A stretch of 64,000 nucleotides of DNA from Squalus acanthias. Its lineage: Eukaryota. The notes under the pieces are model-generated. The model searched no databases. It saw only the letters and a program-made list of their open reading frames with translations, and was not told the origin of the DNA. The DNA is taken from contig CM059433.1 of the NCBI GenBank assembly GCA_030390025.1, forward strand, positions 18,726,001 to 18,790,000, written 5' to 3'. This document shows positions 12,783-26,250 of this stretch, piece by piece; within the stretch, counting starts at the first letter, position 1; the number at the start of each line of letters is the position of its first letter. A program made the translations under genes and the position numbers.

Positions 12783-14242
12783 ACAACAACAGCAACTTGC
12801 ATTTATGTAGCGCCTTTAACTGAGGGAAATGTCCAAAGGCGCTTCACAGGAGCGTATCAAACAAAAATTGACACTGTGCCAAAGAAGGTGACTAAAAGCT
12901 TGGCCAAAGAAGTAGGCTTTAAGGAGGCTCTTAAAGGTGGAGAGAGAGGTGGAGAGGCGGAGAGGTTTAGGAAGGGAGTTCCAGAGCTTAGGGACTAAAC
13001 GGCTGAAAGCACAGCCACCAATGTTGGGGCAAAGGTGGTGGGGGAGGCACAAAAAGGCAGAGTTGAAGGAACACAGAGTTCTTGTAGGGTTGTAGGGCTG
13101 GAGGAGCTTACAGAGATAGGGAGGGGTGAGACCGTAGAGGGGTTTGAACACAAGGATGAGAATTTAAAATCGAGGCGTTGGTGGACCAGGAGACAATGTA
13201 GGTCGGTGAGCATTGGGGTGATGGCTGAACGGGACTTGTTGCGAGTTAGGATATGAACAACAGAGTTTTGGATGAGTTCCAGTTTATGGAGGGTACAGGA
13301 TGGCTAGGAGAGCATTGGCATAGTCACACCTGGAGGTAACAGAAGCATGGATGATGGTTTCAGCAGCAGATGGGCTGAAGCAGGGGTGGAAGTAGATGGC
13401 CTCGGTGATGGAGAGGATTATGGGCTCATCTCAGGGTCAAATAGGACACCGAGGTTGGGAACAGTTTGGTTCATCCTGAGACGATGGTCAGGGAGGGGGA
13501 TGGAATCGGTAACAATGGAACAGAGTTTGTGGCAGGGGCCGAAGACAATGGGCTGGATTTTCATTGACCTGTGGAGGCGGGTTTGGAGGCGTGTGGGGGG
13601 TTAAAATTGCGAAAACTGGCGGGCGGGCACAAGCCCGCCTCCACGCAATTTTCATTAAATCATGTCTGCTGGTCCCGACTCCGCCTCTAAGAGGCGGGAT
13701 AGGCTGTTAAGGCCCTTAACAAGCACTAAATTGCCTCGATAATGCCATTTTGAAAGGCCTTTGTGATTTTAACCCTGTTTCTGCGTGAAGCACGCCTGTT
13801 CTGAACCACGAATGTGAAACCTGGCGGGAGCACATCTGGCTGGCTGGCCGGCCGATCGATCGATCTGGGAGTGGTGGTGAATGGGAGACATATCTGGGAG
13901 TGGTGGTGGATGAGAGACATATCTGGGAGCAGACTTAGAGCTGCTGCTGCTCATTTTACATCCAGGTCCTCTCACAGCAAAGGCCAGGCAGTCTTTGCAG
14001 ACCTTCAATGCAGCAGCAATGATGACATCATCAGAGGCGACTTTCAGACTGAAAACACTAATTGGTTCATGGGTTCCCACATGCTGGAACTCAATTGCCC
14101 AATTAGGTGAAAATCGCATCAATCTCCAACATCCAATTGCAGTCGGGTGGATAACACGAAAAGTGGATGACATGACCCCAGCCCGCCCCAGTATCAAAAT
14201 CCAGCCCAATGGCTTTGGTCTTCCCAATGTTTATTTGGAGGA
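12783..14242 (-). mobile_element. L2 LINE 3' part, split by a MITE
   Basis: IGGCAFSRLVPKLWNSLP motif and gttgctgttgt tail; L2 sequence resumes after 14210. Confidence 0.85.
13550..14207. mobile_element. PIF/Harbinger-type MITE
   Basis: TIRs gggctggatttt / aaaatccagccc; TSD aat/aat; internal ~29-bp tandem duplication at 13863-13928. Confidence 0.88.
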
Positions 14243-14559
14243 AGAGTTAAAATTGCAGTCGGGTCCCGCTGACGTCACTGGGCCCTGACATACATATGTA
14301 AAGTAGAATCCCACCAGCTTAGAGTAGGTGCCCTTGCCAACTGCTCAGGAGAGCTAGTTAAAATCACAGGTAACAGGAATCTTGGTGGTTCCAGGGCAGC
14401 TAAGTAACTTGGGGCATTTTAACTGCCTACTTGCTTGGTTTCCACCGGGCGGGTAGGGTTAAAATCGCTCCCAGTGGCTTTTCCTAGCCGCTAGCCTTTT
14501 TTTTTGTCTTCTCCAACGAGAACTACCAAACAAAGAGCTGGAAACTTCTCAGACAGTGA

Positions 14560-15440
14560 TAATAATTGTCCTTGCCACCCACACCCACAATGTGGAAGGA
14601 AGTGGCATAGTTGCAACTCCCGAACCTTCCGGGCCCCTCTCACCAACACCGGCCAAAAAATAAAAAGCAGGGTAAACCTGGTCTGGAAACTCACTGGAAC
14701 GTCATGGGGGAGAGCAGCCAGAACACTTTGCACCACAGCCGTTGCCCTAGTCTGCTCTGCTGCAGAATACGGCTCTGCCTTATGGTCCTGCAGCCGCCAC
14801 ACAAAGATCGTGGGCGTGCAGCTAAACAGCGCCACGAGGACGGTGTCAGGAATGCTTAAGTCCACTCCAACTGAGTGGCTCCCGGTGCTGTCCTACAGTG
14901 CCCCACCTGCCATTCGCTGCGACATCACCGTGCTCTGTGAGATGGATTAAAAAATGAGCAACATCGACCTTCCCATTTACAAAGTCTTGAAAATCCCACC
15001 ACGAAAGCGCTTCAGTCCATTCCAACTGAGTGGCTCAAGGTGCTGTCCTACATTGCCCCGCCGGCCATTCTGAGAAACAGCAGCCAATATTCATGCAGCT
15101 GGTATTAACCCACTATCCAGATGGACAGAATCATGGGACACATGCAACATTAAAGAACTAACACCTCATCGGTGACCCAACAGCAGAGGTCCCTGGCTTC
15201 GACCTCCCTCGAAGACAGTGGTCAGCGCTCAACCAAATCCACACAGGGCATGGATGATGCGGCCACCTGTTGAACAAGTGGAAGATGAGGGACGAACCAA
15301 GGTGCGACTGTGGCCATGAGTCCCAAACCAGGGAACACATCACATCAACCTGCCCACTAAGATCTGTTGTGGGAGGCACCTCATTTCTCCACTCATGCGG
15401 CCATCGAATGGATAGCCAAACTAGACATCCCATTATAAGC
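14560..15440 (+). mobile_element. Ingi/Vingi-like LINE 3' fragment (RT thumb plus C-terminal Cys/His finger)
   Basis: KLTGTSWG..TL..TAVAL..SAAEY..W, RTVSG.LKSTPTEWLPVLS and CDCG..QT..HI..CP motifs; frameshifted. Confidence 0.75.
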
Positions 15441-16040
15441 TTTTCCTGTCATACAAAAGTAGTAAGTACCACAATGAAACACAGTAATTCACCTTTATGA
15501 ATCCAGCATAACCCTTCAGCTGCTGCTTGTAGTGGCTTATCTATGATGAAATGACAGAATTTAGGGTGAGTGATGTCATCCAGTCCTAAAGGCATCACTT
15601 GCATGACTGTTAGAGCAAGTGCATCTTCCTCCCCTGCTCACTTCTGGCATAATTGATGGCAGGATTTAAACAAGGCAGAAATCTGATAGATCCAGGTTAT
15701 GTCCAAAATTCCAAACCAGTTCCAGACAGATTTGCCAGATTTCTGCCCTACCAAACCATCGGAATTTCAGCATCTAAATTATGGTCTAATCTACTGTTAC
15801 ATAAAGTAAAGGAAGATTGTGCGAAGACATGTGATAAGACCAGTAAGCCAGAAGAGGATTTTTTTTTTGTTTGATCCCAGGGCGTACTACAAATTTATCT
15901 AGCTATCTGGTCATGTGAAAGCACCTTCTTGGGACATAGGGAGTGAGGGCTCATCTACCAGAGTGGTCTGAGATTCTGAATTTTAAAAAAATCTAGAACA
16001 AAAACAGGATAAAGAACTTCAAAAATATAACTTTGCCTAC

Positions 16041-16170
16041 TAAGTTTTTCTGATGTCACATCTCCAGTGGAACAGTTCGGCACTGAAGGAAAAGTAGTTT
16101 CTTTGATCCTACTGCTGGAATATTCAACTTGGTAATTAGCCAGTGACAACTTATTTTTGCCTTTGCTGAG
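16041..16170 (-). CDS. Candidate exon of minus-strand gene (LSKGKNKLSLANYQVEYSSSRIKETTFPSVPNCSTGDVTSEKL)
   Basis: Acceptor tttgttttgcag; phase 0 start is compatible with the exon at 23066-23222; donor weak and uncertain. Confidence 0.35.
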
Positions 16171-16959
16171 CTGCAAAACAAAGCACTTCCAAATAACAAG
16201 TGATTTTCCCTCCATCTCAAACCCTTCATTATTTCTTTCTGTGATTTCAAGCCACGTCAAATTTCCAGCTTTTTCAATACTTTCCTGTGAATACTTTTAT
16301 CCCTTTTATAAAATGTGTTTCCTCTGGTTGAAATCATTTATCCTCAGTAAACTGCGCTTCAAACATACATTCCATCTATCACGAAGACATTAAACTGATG
16401 TTCAAACCCGCATCTGGTTACAAAAAGTAAATGCTCTTTTCTCGGAGATTAAAAAGTTCACTGTAGTTCTGTTTTGAAAGAAGTAAAAGGTTACTTTTGT
16501 TTCATTATTTATTTGTTGTTTGAGTTATTTGCATTCTATCACTTTTAAGAACCAAGGTTATTATAATCCACTATTTCAAGTGGACTAACTCAAACAATTT
16601 ACCTTTAATTGGAGCAACTGAATTTAAAAAAACTGAGCATATTCAATTACATCTTAGAGTTTAAAAGAAAGCATTATTGCTTTTTAAATGTTTTTTTATA
16701 TTTCTTGGGTAATACCTAGAAGCATCCAGTTAAGCATAAGAAAAAAGTCACAAAAAAATTCAGCATTGGCAAAAATTCCATTTGACCTCAGAAGTATGCC
16801 CTAAGTGGTAAAAATGTTAATAGATTTGGAAGAAAGGGCGATCTAGAAGGATTCTGCAGGGTTCTCCAATTGGTCCACCGTAGTGTCAGTGTTAGAGTTG
16901 CAGAAACCTGAGAAAGTGGTGTGAACGGCATCTACGCCATTTCCCAGGGTTTTAAAAAG

Positions 16960-17415
16960 AAAAGAAAGACTTGCATTTATATAGCGCCTTTCACGACCTC
17001 AGGATGTCCCAAAGTGCTTTGCAGCTAATGAAGTACTTTTGAAGTGTCGTCACTGTTGTAATGTAGGAAACACAGCAGCCACTTTGTGCAAAGCAAGGTC
17101 CCACACACAGCAGTGAGATACATGACCAGATAATCTGTTTTAGGTGTTGGTTGAGGGATAAATATTGGCCAGGACACCAGGGATAACTCCCCTGCTCTTC
17201 CTCGAATAGTGCCATAGGATCTTTTACATCCACCTGAGAGGGCAGACAGGGTCTCAGTTTAATGTCTCATCTGAAATACGACACCTCCGACAGCATTCCC
17301 TCAGCACTGCACTGAAGTGTCAGCCTGGATTTCATGCTCAAGTCCCTAAAGTTGGGCTTGAACCCACAACTTTCTGACTCAGAGACGAGAGTGCTACCCA
17401 CTGAGTCACAGCTGA
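16960..17415 (-). mobile_element. tRNA-derived SINE with L2 tail (DeuSINE/SacSINE1-like)
   Basis: A-box/B-box head (tgactcagtggg...ggttcaagccc), conserved body, tail tatataaatgcaagtctttc. Confidence 0.85.
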
Positions 17416-17782
17416 CTCTGTGCGGTTCTTTTGCTGAAGTTACATTGGACCAGCGGGAGAACACCCGCGGAAAGTCACCCCCATAGACCTTTAAAGGTAA
17501 TAGTGCAAGTAGAAAAGCCCATAAAAAGGGCAAATGGAATTCTCAGTCTTATATAATGAGCAGTGAATACAAAAGCAAGGAAGTGATGTTGAATTTGTAC
17601 AAGACATTGGCTAGGTCACAGTTTGGTTAGTGCATGTTCTGGGCACTGCATTATAGAAAGAAAATTAGAGGTGTAGAATGGGCACAGCAAAGATTCACTA
17701 GAACAATATTAGGAATGAGAGTTTATAGCTATGAAGAAAGGTTTGAACAATTGGATCTTTTTTTCCGCTGGAACAGAGATTA

Positions 17783-18190
17783 ATAGAATCATAGAATGAT
17801 ACAGCATAGAAGGAGGTCGTTCGGCCCATCGTGCCTGTTCTGGCACTAGAAAGAGCTATCCAATTAGTCCCACTGCCCTGCCCTCCCCCCATAGCCCTGC
17901 AAATTTTTCCCTTTAAGTATTTTTCCAATTCCCTTTTGAAAGTTATTATTGAATCTGCTTCCACCCAAACTTTCGGACAGTGCATTCCAGTGCAACTCGC
18001 TGCACAAAAAATTTCTCCTCATCTCGTCTCTGATTATTTTGCCAATTACCTGAAATCTGTGTCCTCTGGTTACCGACCCTCCTGCCAGTGGAAACAGTTT
18101 CTCCTTATTGACTCTACCAAAACAATTCATAATTTTGAACACCTCTATTAAATCTCCCCTGCTCTAAGGAGAACAGCTGCAGCTTCTCTC
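17783..18190 (-). mobile_element. CR1 3' fragment nested in an older plus-strand CR1 fragment (17535-18260)
   Basis: FKIMNCFGRVNKEKLFPL..TRGHRF motif; attctatgattcta tail. Confidence 0.85.
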
Positions 18191-18654
18191 ATTAAGGTGG
18201 GGGATGGGGGGATCTAATAGAGCTTTTCAAAATTATGAATGGTTTTGAAATAGTGAGAGAGTGGAGGAATGTTGAGTTGAGCCTATGATCCGTCTCACTG
18301 CTGAGACCCTATCATCAACCTGTCATTGTGAGAAAGCAGTGAGCAGAGGCCATGCAGTGCCTCCCACTGCTGTTCTCACCACCTCCTTGAGATTGGTTCA
18401 TCCACCCAACCTCTTGGCCACAGAAGGCTTGTGACATGGGGGTAACCAGGCTAGAGGAAAAGAAAAATTTACCAAGAAGAAGGAGCCATACCTTTATGTA
18501 CGAGTATTACCAAGAGTAAAGTTTTGTTGGCAGCGATTTCTAAACTGCAAGTGGTATCTTTAACGCCTGTGTGTACAGCACTGACTGACCGGAGTGCAAA
18601 GAGGAAAATTGGGCAGGTTTTTCTTCTGTTAGTGCTCAACCAGGGAGTTGTGCA

Positions 18655-18942
18655 CCTTTGTGCATTCCCCACTTCCTTCGCCCCAACATTGGTGGCCGTG
18701 CCTTCCACCATCTAGGCTCTAAGCTCTGGAATTCCCTCACTAAACCTCTTTGCCTCACCCCTTGTCTCTCCTCCTTTAAGGCGTTGCTTAAAATCTAGCT
18801 CTTTGACCAAGCATTTGGTCACCCATCCTAGTGTCTCTGTCTTTGGCTCGGTGTCAATTTTTGTCTTATTACGCACTTGTGAAACACTTTGGGACATTTT
18901 ACTATGTTAAAGGTGCTATATAAATGCAAGTTGTTGTTGTTG
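18655..18942 (+). mobile_element. L2 LINE 3' fragment
   Basis: KLWNSL..LLK motif and tail tatataaatgcaag(ttg)n. Confidence 0.8.
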
Positions 18943-18979
18943 AGTGAAGATGCAAATCTGCGCCATCAATGTACACTGA

Positions 18980-19846
18980 AGACTGGAGTTTACCAGCCCT
19001 GAGGAGGCGGGTTTGGAGGCGGGACTGCTGGGAAAATCCCCAAAAATGGGAGCGAGTCCCAAACCCGCTCCCAACCCGCCCCCAACCAATCTTCCCGGGA
19101 GTCAGGTCCCCGATTTGCGCAGGGACCTGACTCCTCGCGGCCGGAAGAGGATTATAGCCACTTAACTGCCTGTTAACAGGTAGTTAACAGGCAGTTAAGA
19201 GGCTTTTTCCAATTTTTTGACTGCTGCTGCGGGCTTCCCGACATCGGGGAACCCCGCCAGGGTAAGTGAGGCATGCTGTGGGTCTGTTGTTATGTTGGTG
19301 TTTGGATGACAGCTGCAGAAGTGGTGTGAAGGATGCAATGGGACAATGGTTAGTATCAGAGGTAAGGACATGTTGTGAAAGTAATTTTTAATGTGGTTAG
19401 ATGTTTCTGCAGGTGACAAGCAGTGAAGTGTTTGTGTAGCCTCATCTCATCGGGAGAAGTGACAGATGGCTTCTGCAATCTCAGCTGCAGCTGCCATCTG
19501 TTTTATCCTAAGGAGAGAGTAATTGGAGAGCCTGGGTACAAGGGCTCACCTTTGGACAGTGATTGTCAGTGTTTGACAGCACCTTAATGCTGTCAAATAC
19601 TGTCAAATCATCTGTCAAACAAGTGTGGTGCATATGCATTTAAGAAAACCGGTAGATGAAGCGTCATCCACTGACGCCATCTGACACCGGCTTTCCCTTA
19701 ATTGGCCAGCAAGCCCGCAGGGCGGGCTTAACAAGGCCAATCAGGGCAAAATAGCATTTGTTCGTCAGGCGTCGCTGGGAGCGGGACTAGAACCCGGATG
19801 GCAGCAGTCCCGTCCCCAATGCGTCTCGGTGAGTAAAATCCAGCCC
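18980..19846. mobile_element. PIF/Harbinger-type MITE
   Basis: Degenerate TIRs agactggagtttac / gtaaaatccagccc; TSD tga/tga. Confidence 0.7.
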
Positions 19847-20094
19847 TGAGTGTACCTCTTCCACAGATGCAGTATTACTTCATACTGAATTTCCAGAATG
19901 CAATATAATTTACAGTATGTCTTCCTAATAAAAGTAACATTCTCTTGGCATCTGCAGAAACCCTGCACTCAGATCTCCTGAGACAGCAAAGTTCTGGTCC
20001 AATTGATGTTGGAATAGCTGCTTCAAAATGTAAATCAGACATAGATAGAAACGCTTCTGTGGCAGTTCTCAGTCTTACTTGTGGACACATATAA

Positions 20095-20800
20095 AGAAGG
20101 AATGAAAAATTTGCATTTATATAGCGCCTTTCATGGCCTCAGAACATCCCAACCGCTTTACAGCCAATGAAGTACTTTTTAAGTGCAGTCACTGTTGTAA
20201 TATAGGGAAACGGGGCAGCCAATTTGTACTCAGTGAGGCCCCACAAACAGCAATGAGATAATGATCAGATAATCTGTGTTAGTGGTGTTGGCTGAGGGAT
20301 AAAAAATGGCTAGGACACCATACAACAACAAAGTGCATTTATATACTACATTTAAGGTAGTAAAATGTCCCAAGGCTCTTCACAGGAGCGATTATCAAAC
20401 AAAATTTGCCACCAAGCCACATAAGGAGATATTAGGACAGGTGATCAAAAGCTTGGTTAAAGAGGTAGGTTTTAAGAAGTATCTTAAAAGAGGAGAGAGA
20501 GGTGGAGAGGTTTAGGGAGGGAATTCCAGAGCTTAGGGCCTGGGCAGCTGAAAGCACGGCCGCCAATGGTGGAGTGATGCAAATCGGGGATGCACAAGAG
20601 GCCAGAATTGGAGGAGTGCTGAGACCTTGAAGGGCTGTAGGGCTGGAGGAGGTTACAGAGATAGGGAGGGGAGAAGCTATGGAGGGATTTGAAAACAATG
20701 ATGAGGATTTTAAAATCAAGGCATTGCCAGGCCGGGAGCCAATATAGGTCAGCGAGCTTGGGGTGATGGGTGAACGGAACTTGGTGCAAGTTAGGATGTC
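20095..20800 (-). mobile_element. SINE 3' half (20095-20305) followed by L2 3' fragment (20322-20800)
   Basis: Similarity to the SINE at 16960; IGGRAFSCPGPKLWNSLP motif. Confidence 0.8.
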
Positions 20801-20854
20801 GCTGATGGGTAGCATATAGATGAGAAATAGGAGGGGGCCAAGGATAGATCCTTT

Positions 20855-22585
20855 TTATTTTATTAGTTTATGGGATGTGGGCATTGCTGGCAAGGCCAGC
20901 ATTCATTGCCCATCCCTAATTGCCCTTGAGAAGGTGGTGGTGAGCTGCCTTCTTGAACTGCTGCAGTCCGTGTGGTGAAGTTACTCCCACAGTGCTGTTA
21001 GGGAGGGAGTTCCAGGATTTTGACCCAGCGACGATGAAGGATCGGCGATATACTTCTAAGTCAGGATGGTGTGTGACTTGGAGGGGAACTTGGAGGTGGT
21101 GGTGCTCCCATGCGCCTGCTGCCCTTGTCCTTCTAGATGGTAGAGTTCGCGGGTTTGGGAGGTGCTGCCGAAGAAGCTTTGGCGAGTTGCTGCAGTGCAT
21201 CTTGTAGATGGTACACACTGCAGCCACGGTACACTGGTGGTGGAGGGAGTGAATGTTTAAGGTGGTAAATGGGGTGCCAATCAAGCGGGCTGCTTTGTCC
21301 TGGATGATGTCGAGCTTCTTGAGTATTGTTGGAGCTGCACTCATCCAGGCAAGTGGAGAGTATTTAATCACACTCCTTACTTGTGCCTTGTAGATGGTAG
21401 AAAGGCTTTGGGGAGTCAGGAGGTGAGACACTCGTCACAGAATACCTAGCCTCTGACCTGCTCTTCTTGCCACAGTATTTATGTGGCTGGTCCAGTTAAG
21501 TTTCTGGTCAATAGTGACCCCCAGGATGTTGATGGTGGGGGATTCGGCGATGGTAATGCCATTGAATGTCAAGGGGCAGTGGTTAGACTCTCGCTTGTTG
21601 GAGATAGTCATTGCTTGGCACTTCTGTGGCGCGAATGTTACCTGCCACATATCAGCGCAAGCCTGAACGTCATCCAGGTCTTGTTGCATACGGGCATGGA
21701 CTGCTTCATTATCTGAGGAGTTGTGAATGGCACTGAACACTGTGCAGTCATCAGCGAACATCCCCATTTCTGACCTATGTTGGAAGGAAGGTCATTGATG
21801 AAGCAGCTGAAGATGGTTGGGCCTAGGACTCTGCCCTGAGGAACTCCTGCAGCGATGTCCTGGGGCTGTGATGATTGACCTTCAATCACCACAACCATCT
21901 TCCTTTGTGCTAGGTATGACTCCACCCAGTGGAGAGTTTTCCCCTTGATTCCCATTGACTTCACTTTTACTAGGGCTCCTTCATGCCACACTCGGTCAAA
22001 TGCTGCCTAGATGTCAAGTGCAGTCACTCTCACCTCTCCTCTGGAATTCAGCTCCTTTGTCATTGTTTGGACCAAGGCTGTAATGAGGTCGGAAGCAGAG
22101 TGGTTTTGGCAGAACCCAAACTGGGCATCAGTGAGCAGGTTATTGGTGAGTAAGTGCCGCTTGATAGCACTGTCGATGACACCTTCCATCACTTTGCTGA
22201 AGATTGAGAGAAGACTGATGGGGCGGTAATTGGCCGGATTGGATTTTTCCTGCTTTTTGTGGACAGGACATACCTGGGCAGTTTTCCACATTGTCGGATG
22301 GATGCCAGTGTTGTAGCTGTACTGGAACAGCTTGGCAAGAGGCGTGGCTAGTTCTGGAGCACAAGTCGTCAGCACGATAGCCGGGATGTTGTCAGGGTCC
22401 ATAGCCTTTGCTGTATCCAGTGTGCTCAGCCGTTTCTTGATATCACATGGAGTGAATCGAATTGGCTGAAGACTAGCTTCTGTGATGGTGGGGACCTCAG
22501 GAGGAGGCCGATATGGATCATCCACTTGGCACTTCTGGCTGAAGGTGGTTGCAAACGCTTCAGCCTTGTCTTTTGTACTCACGTC
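20855..22585 (-). mobile_element. CR1/L2-group LINE of a second family, RT domain, frameshifted
   Basis: NYRPISLLS, GVPQG.VLGP, FADD and YKAQVRS..YSPLAW motifs; the same family recurs at 42378-42520 and 62370-62915. Confidence 0.88.
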
Positions 22586-23065
22586 CTTGGGGGACTCCAG
22601 AGGTAATGGAAGAACTCCCCTGCTCTTCTTCAAATATTGCCATGGGATCTTTTTCATCCACCTGAGAAAGCAGTCGGGCTTCAGTTTAAAGTCTCATCTG
22701 AAAGATGGCACTTCCAACAGTGCAGCGCTCCCTCAGTACTGCACTGGAGTGTCAGCTTAGATTTTTGTGCTCAAGTCTGGTGCATATAGTCAGAATAATG
22801 GAAGGAAAGCTGTGCTAACGAGGTTCTCAGGCACCCACCAGAAGAAGAGTAACTGATACCTCATTTATGTTCAGACCCTAGAGCTGGTATTCAGTTTTGA
22901 GCATTTTGTGGCTTCTGTCCATGAAACTATCCTGTTTATAATGTGGTTTCGTCAAAAGTTGGAAAAAACACCCCGCAGTGGGGTAAAAAAAGTGTGGCTG
23001 TTGTTTGCCTTCCACTTTTTTGCCATTCTCTGAGCCTCATTTTCATCTGTTTCAGTTGTGCTCAC

Positions 23066-23222
23066 CTTGAATCGAGATTCTTGTCTTTCCATGTTAAAAT
23101 ACTGGTTATCAATTTGAAACACAGTCTGCGTGCGTGGCACTGTTCCACTGCATTCGTGCTGGCACATAATATGCTGTTGTATCCATTTCTTCAACAATAT
23201 TTTAATATTATGAAAGGAAATC
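23066..23222 (-). CDS. Candidate exon of minus-strand gene (ISFHNIKILLKKWIQQHIMCQHECSGTVPRTQTVFQIDNQYFNMERQESRFK)
   Basis: Acceptor aaatcag, strong donor AAG|gtgagc, 157 nt open, unique sequence. Confidence 0.55.
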
Positions 23223-23649
23223 CTGATTTAAACTAAGTGCTTCTAAACTTCAATGAGTGAGACCAGATCCACTGTGGAGGTGAACAGTTGCCCGAAAAGG
23301 CGGATTCCATTTGCTCCGAATTGGCTGCATTTTTGATGGTAATAATTGCAAATAGGAGCTGATTATACAGTTTTGTGGATTCTGTTCTAATTTCTCATCA
23401 AGATAAATTGTCTGTGTTATCCAGACTTTCCCTCCTCCATTCAAATCAATTCACATTGAATTCCTATGGGTAACAGCCATTATAAACAGGGGGAAACATA
23501 CTCCTCATTCAGAATGCTTCACACTGAAATAAGATAGGCCAGTGACCCTTTTGATGCCTAAAAGCCGTATTCACTCATTTTACTCGATCACATCTGCCCA
23601 GTGTCCATTTTGCTGTGGAGATGGAGGTTAATATTCTTCTGTTTCTATG

Positions 23650-24674
23650 CTGTCGCCTCCAGTCCAGATCCAAGGTCGTCCCATCCTCTGTCATCGAATT
23701 ACAGTATGCAGACGACGCTTGCGTCTGCGCTCACTCAGAGGTCGAACTCCAAACCATCGTCAACACCTTCACCGAAGCGTACAAGAGCACAGGCCTTACA
23801 CTAAACATCCGTAAGACAAAGGTCCTCTACCAACCTGCCCCCGCTACACAGTACTGCCCCCCGATTATCAAAATCCACGACAAGGCCTTGGACAACGTGG
23901 ACCACTTTCCATACCCTGGGAGCCTCCTGTCAACAAGGGCAGACGTCGATGACGAAGTCCAACACCGCCTTCAGTGTGCAAGTCCAGCCTTCGGTCGCCT
24001 GAGGAAGAGAGTGTTTGAAGACCAGGACCTCAAACCCGGCACTAAGCTCATGGTCTACAGAGCAGCAGTGATACCCGCCCTGCTGTATGCCTCAGAGACA
24101 TGGACTATGTACAGCAGGCACCTCAAAGCACTGGAGAGGTACCACCAACGCTGCCTCCGTAAGATCCTGCAAATCCATTGGCAGGATAGGCGCACCAACG
24201 TCAGTGTTCTCGCTCAGGCCAACATCCCCAGCATCGAAGCTTTGACCACGCTCGATCAGCTCCGATGGACGGGTCACATCGTCCGCATGCCCAATACGAG
24301 ACTCCCAAAACAAGCGCTCTACTCGGTGGGCAGAGGAAACGCTTCAAGGACACCCTCAAAGCCTCCTTGAAAAAGTGCAACATCCCCACTGACACCTGGG
24401 AATCTCTGCCCCAAGACCGCACAAAGTGGAGGAGAAGCATCCAGGAAGGCGCCGAACACCTCGAGTCTCTTCGCCGGGAGCAAGCGGAAGCCAAGCGCAA
24501 GCAGCGCAAGGAGCGCACGTCAACCCAAGCACCCCACCCACCCGCCCCTTGAACCACTGTCTGCCCCACCTGTGACAGAGACTGTAGGTCCCGCATTGGA
24601 CTCATCAGTCACCCAAGAACTCATTTTTAATGTGGAAGCAAGTCATCCTCGGTTCCGAGGGACTGCCTAAGAGC
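23650..24674 (+). mobile_element. RTE LINE, 5'-truncated (RT C-terminal half)
   Basis: ELQYADD, LLYASETW and QLRWTGH motifs, terminal CPTC..H..H finger; TSD gtttctatg at 23641-23649 and 24675-24683. Confidence 0.93.
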
Positions 24675-25064
24675 GTTTCTATGATGTCATCCTCTGTACT
24701 GGCAGGATACCTGGGCTACAAATGGTTTCCTGTCGAGACGTATTGTCATCAAGCTAAGGTCCCCTGATGTTCCTTTTTAATTTTGAAAGGGCAGAGACGC
24801 ATGGTGCACACCAAGTGTGAAAGGATATAGAAGGGAAGACCAAGTCAATTTGGAAGTAGTGACTAGATGGTAAGCTTGGGTTTTGTTAGCTTGAAAGTTG
24901 CAAGAGAAAGGAAAGACTGATGGAGGTAAAGGCCTATAAATGTGGCAGCACAGTGCCCATTGTTCAGGTGCTGACTGGTCTACTAAGCCCCCAAAATGGA
25001 GGTCAGGGTGTATTTGTGTTCAGCTCACCCATATAAAATGGCCAATGAAAGTCGTGCATATTAT

Positions 25065-25495
25065 AAACATACGAACAACGACGGACAGGAGAAGACCCTG
25101 TGGTCCATCCAGCCTGTTCCACACAATTGTGATGTCATGTGCCTCACTACATACACTCCCCACCCCACCTGATGACCATGTCATCTCCTGGGAGAGGCGA
25201 AAAAACAGATTTAAAAACCCAGGCCAATTAGGGAAAAAAATCTGGAAAATTCCTCTCCGACCCCTTTAGGCGATCAAAAGTAATCCAAGAGACCACTCTC
25301 GCCATGATTAATGTCATGCAGTATCTACCTTTTACACAAGGTGATCTTTGCCCCAGCCAGAAACCGGTCCCGCTCTCGCTGAAGCAAGTTGGCAAATCAG
25401 CGTTCACTGCACGAGCCGGCAGCTTGTTCCACAGGTCTACTATTCCCTGGGAAAAGAACCACCTCCTAACATCTAACCTAGTGCTGGCCTTACAT
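25065..25495 (-). mobile_element. CR1-group LINE 3' fragment
   Basis: Antisense RWFFSQGIVDLWNKLP; similar coding end at 26420-26900 on the plus strand. Confidence 0.6.
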
Positions 25496-25511
25496 CCGTT
25501 TCTCTGAAGGG

Positions 25512-26250
25512 TTACATAGAATTTACAGCAGAGCTACAGGCTATTCGGCCGAACAGGTCTATGCCAGTTGACGTAAGAAAACTACTAGGCACTTGGTCTA
25601 AGCGTTAAACAAGGCTTTAATCAACTGTTTTACAACATGGAGGTCTAGTTGTGTCCTTCACTAGTTCCTGTTAAGAATGTCCCGCGCAAGCTGGGCCCGT
25701 GCCCGAGTATTTATACTCTCCCTGGACAGCGCCACCCACAGGCCACTCAGTATTATTTCATAAGTCTTTCTTTCATGAATGACAGATTCATGTCACCAGT
25801 ATTTATGCTCCACACAAGCCTCCTCCCACCTTACTTCATCTCACTCTATCAACATATCCTTCTATTCCTTTCTCCCCCATGTACTTATCTACCTTCCCCT
25901 TAAATGCATCTATGCTAATTGCCTCAACCACTCCATGTGGCAGCGAGTTCCACATTCTCACCACTCTCTGAGTATAGAAGTTTCTCCTGATTCGTTATTG
26001 GATTTATTCGTGACTATCTTATATTTATGGCCCCTAGTTTTAAGCACACCCAAAAGTGGAAACATCTTTGCTACGTCTACCCTATCAAACCCCTTCATAA
26101 TTTTAAAGACCTCGATCAGGTCACCTCTCTGTCTTCTGTTTACTGGAGAAAAGTTCCTCAGCCCGTTCAGTCTTTCCTGATAGTTGTATCCTCTCAGTTC
26201 TGGTGTCATCCTTGTAAATCTTTTTCGCACTTTCTCCAGTGCTTCTATAT
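25512..26250 (-). mobile_element. CR1 3' fragment interrupted by a solo LTR
   Basis: RGDLIEVFKIMKGFDRVD..TRGHKYK motif. Confidence 0.8.
25569..25795 (-). mobile_element. Solo LTR, 227 bp
   Basis: TGAC...GTCA termini; 5-bp TSD ccagt on both sides; minus-strand TATAAATA upstream of ATTAAA. Confidence 0.8.
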
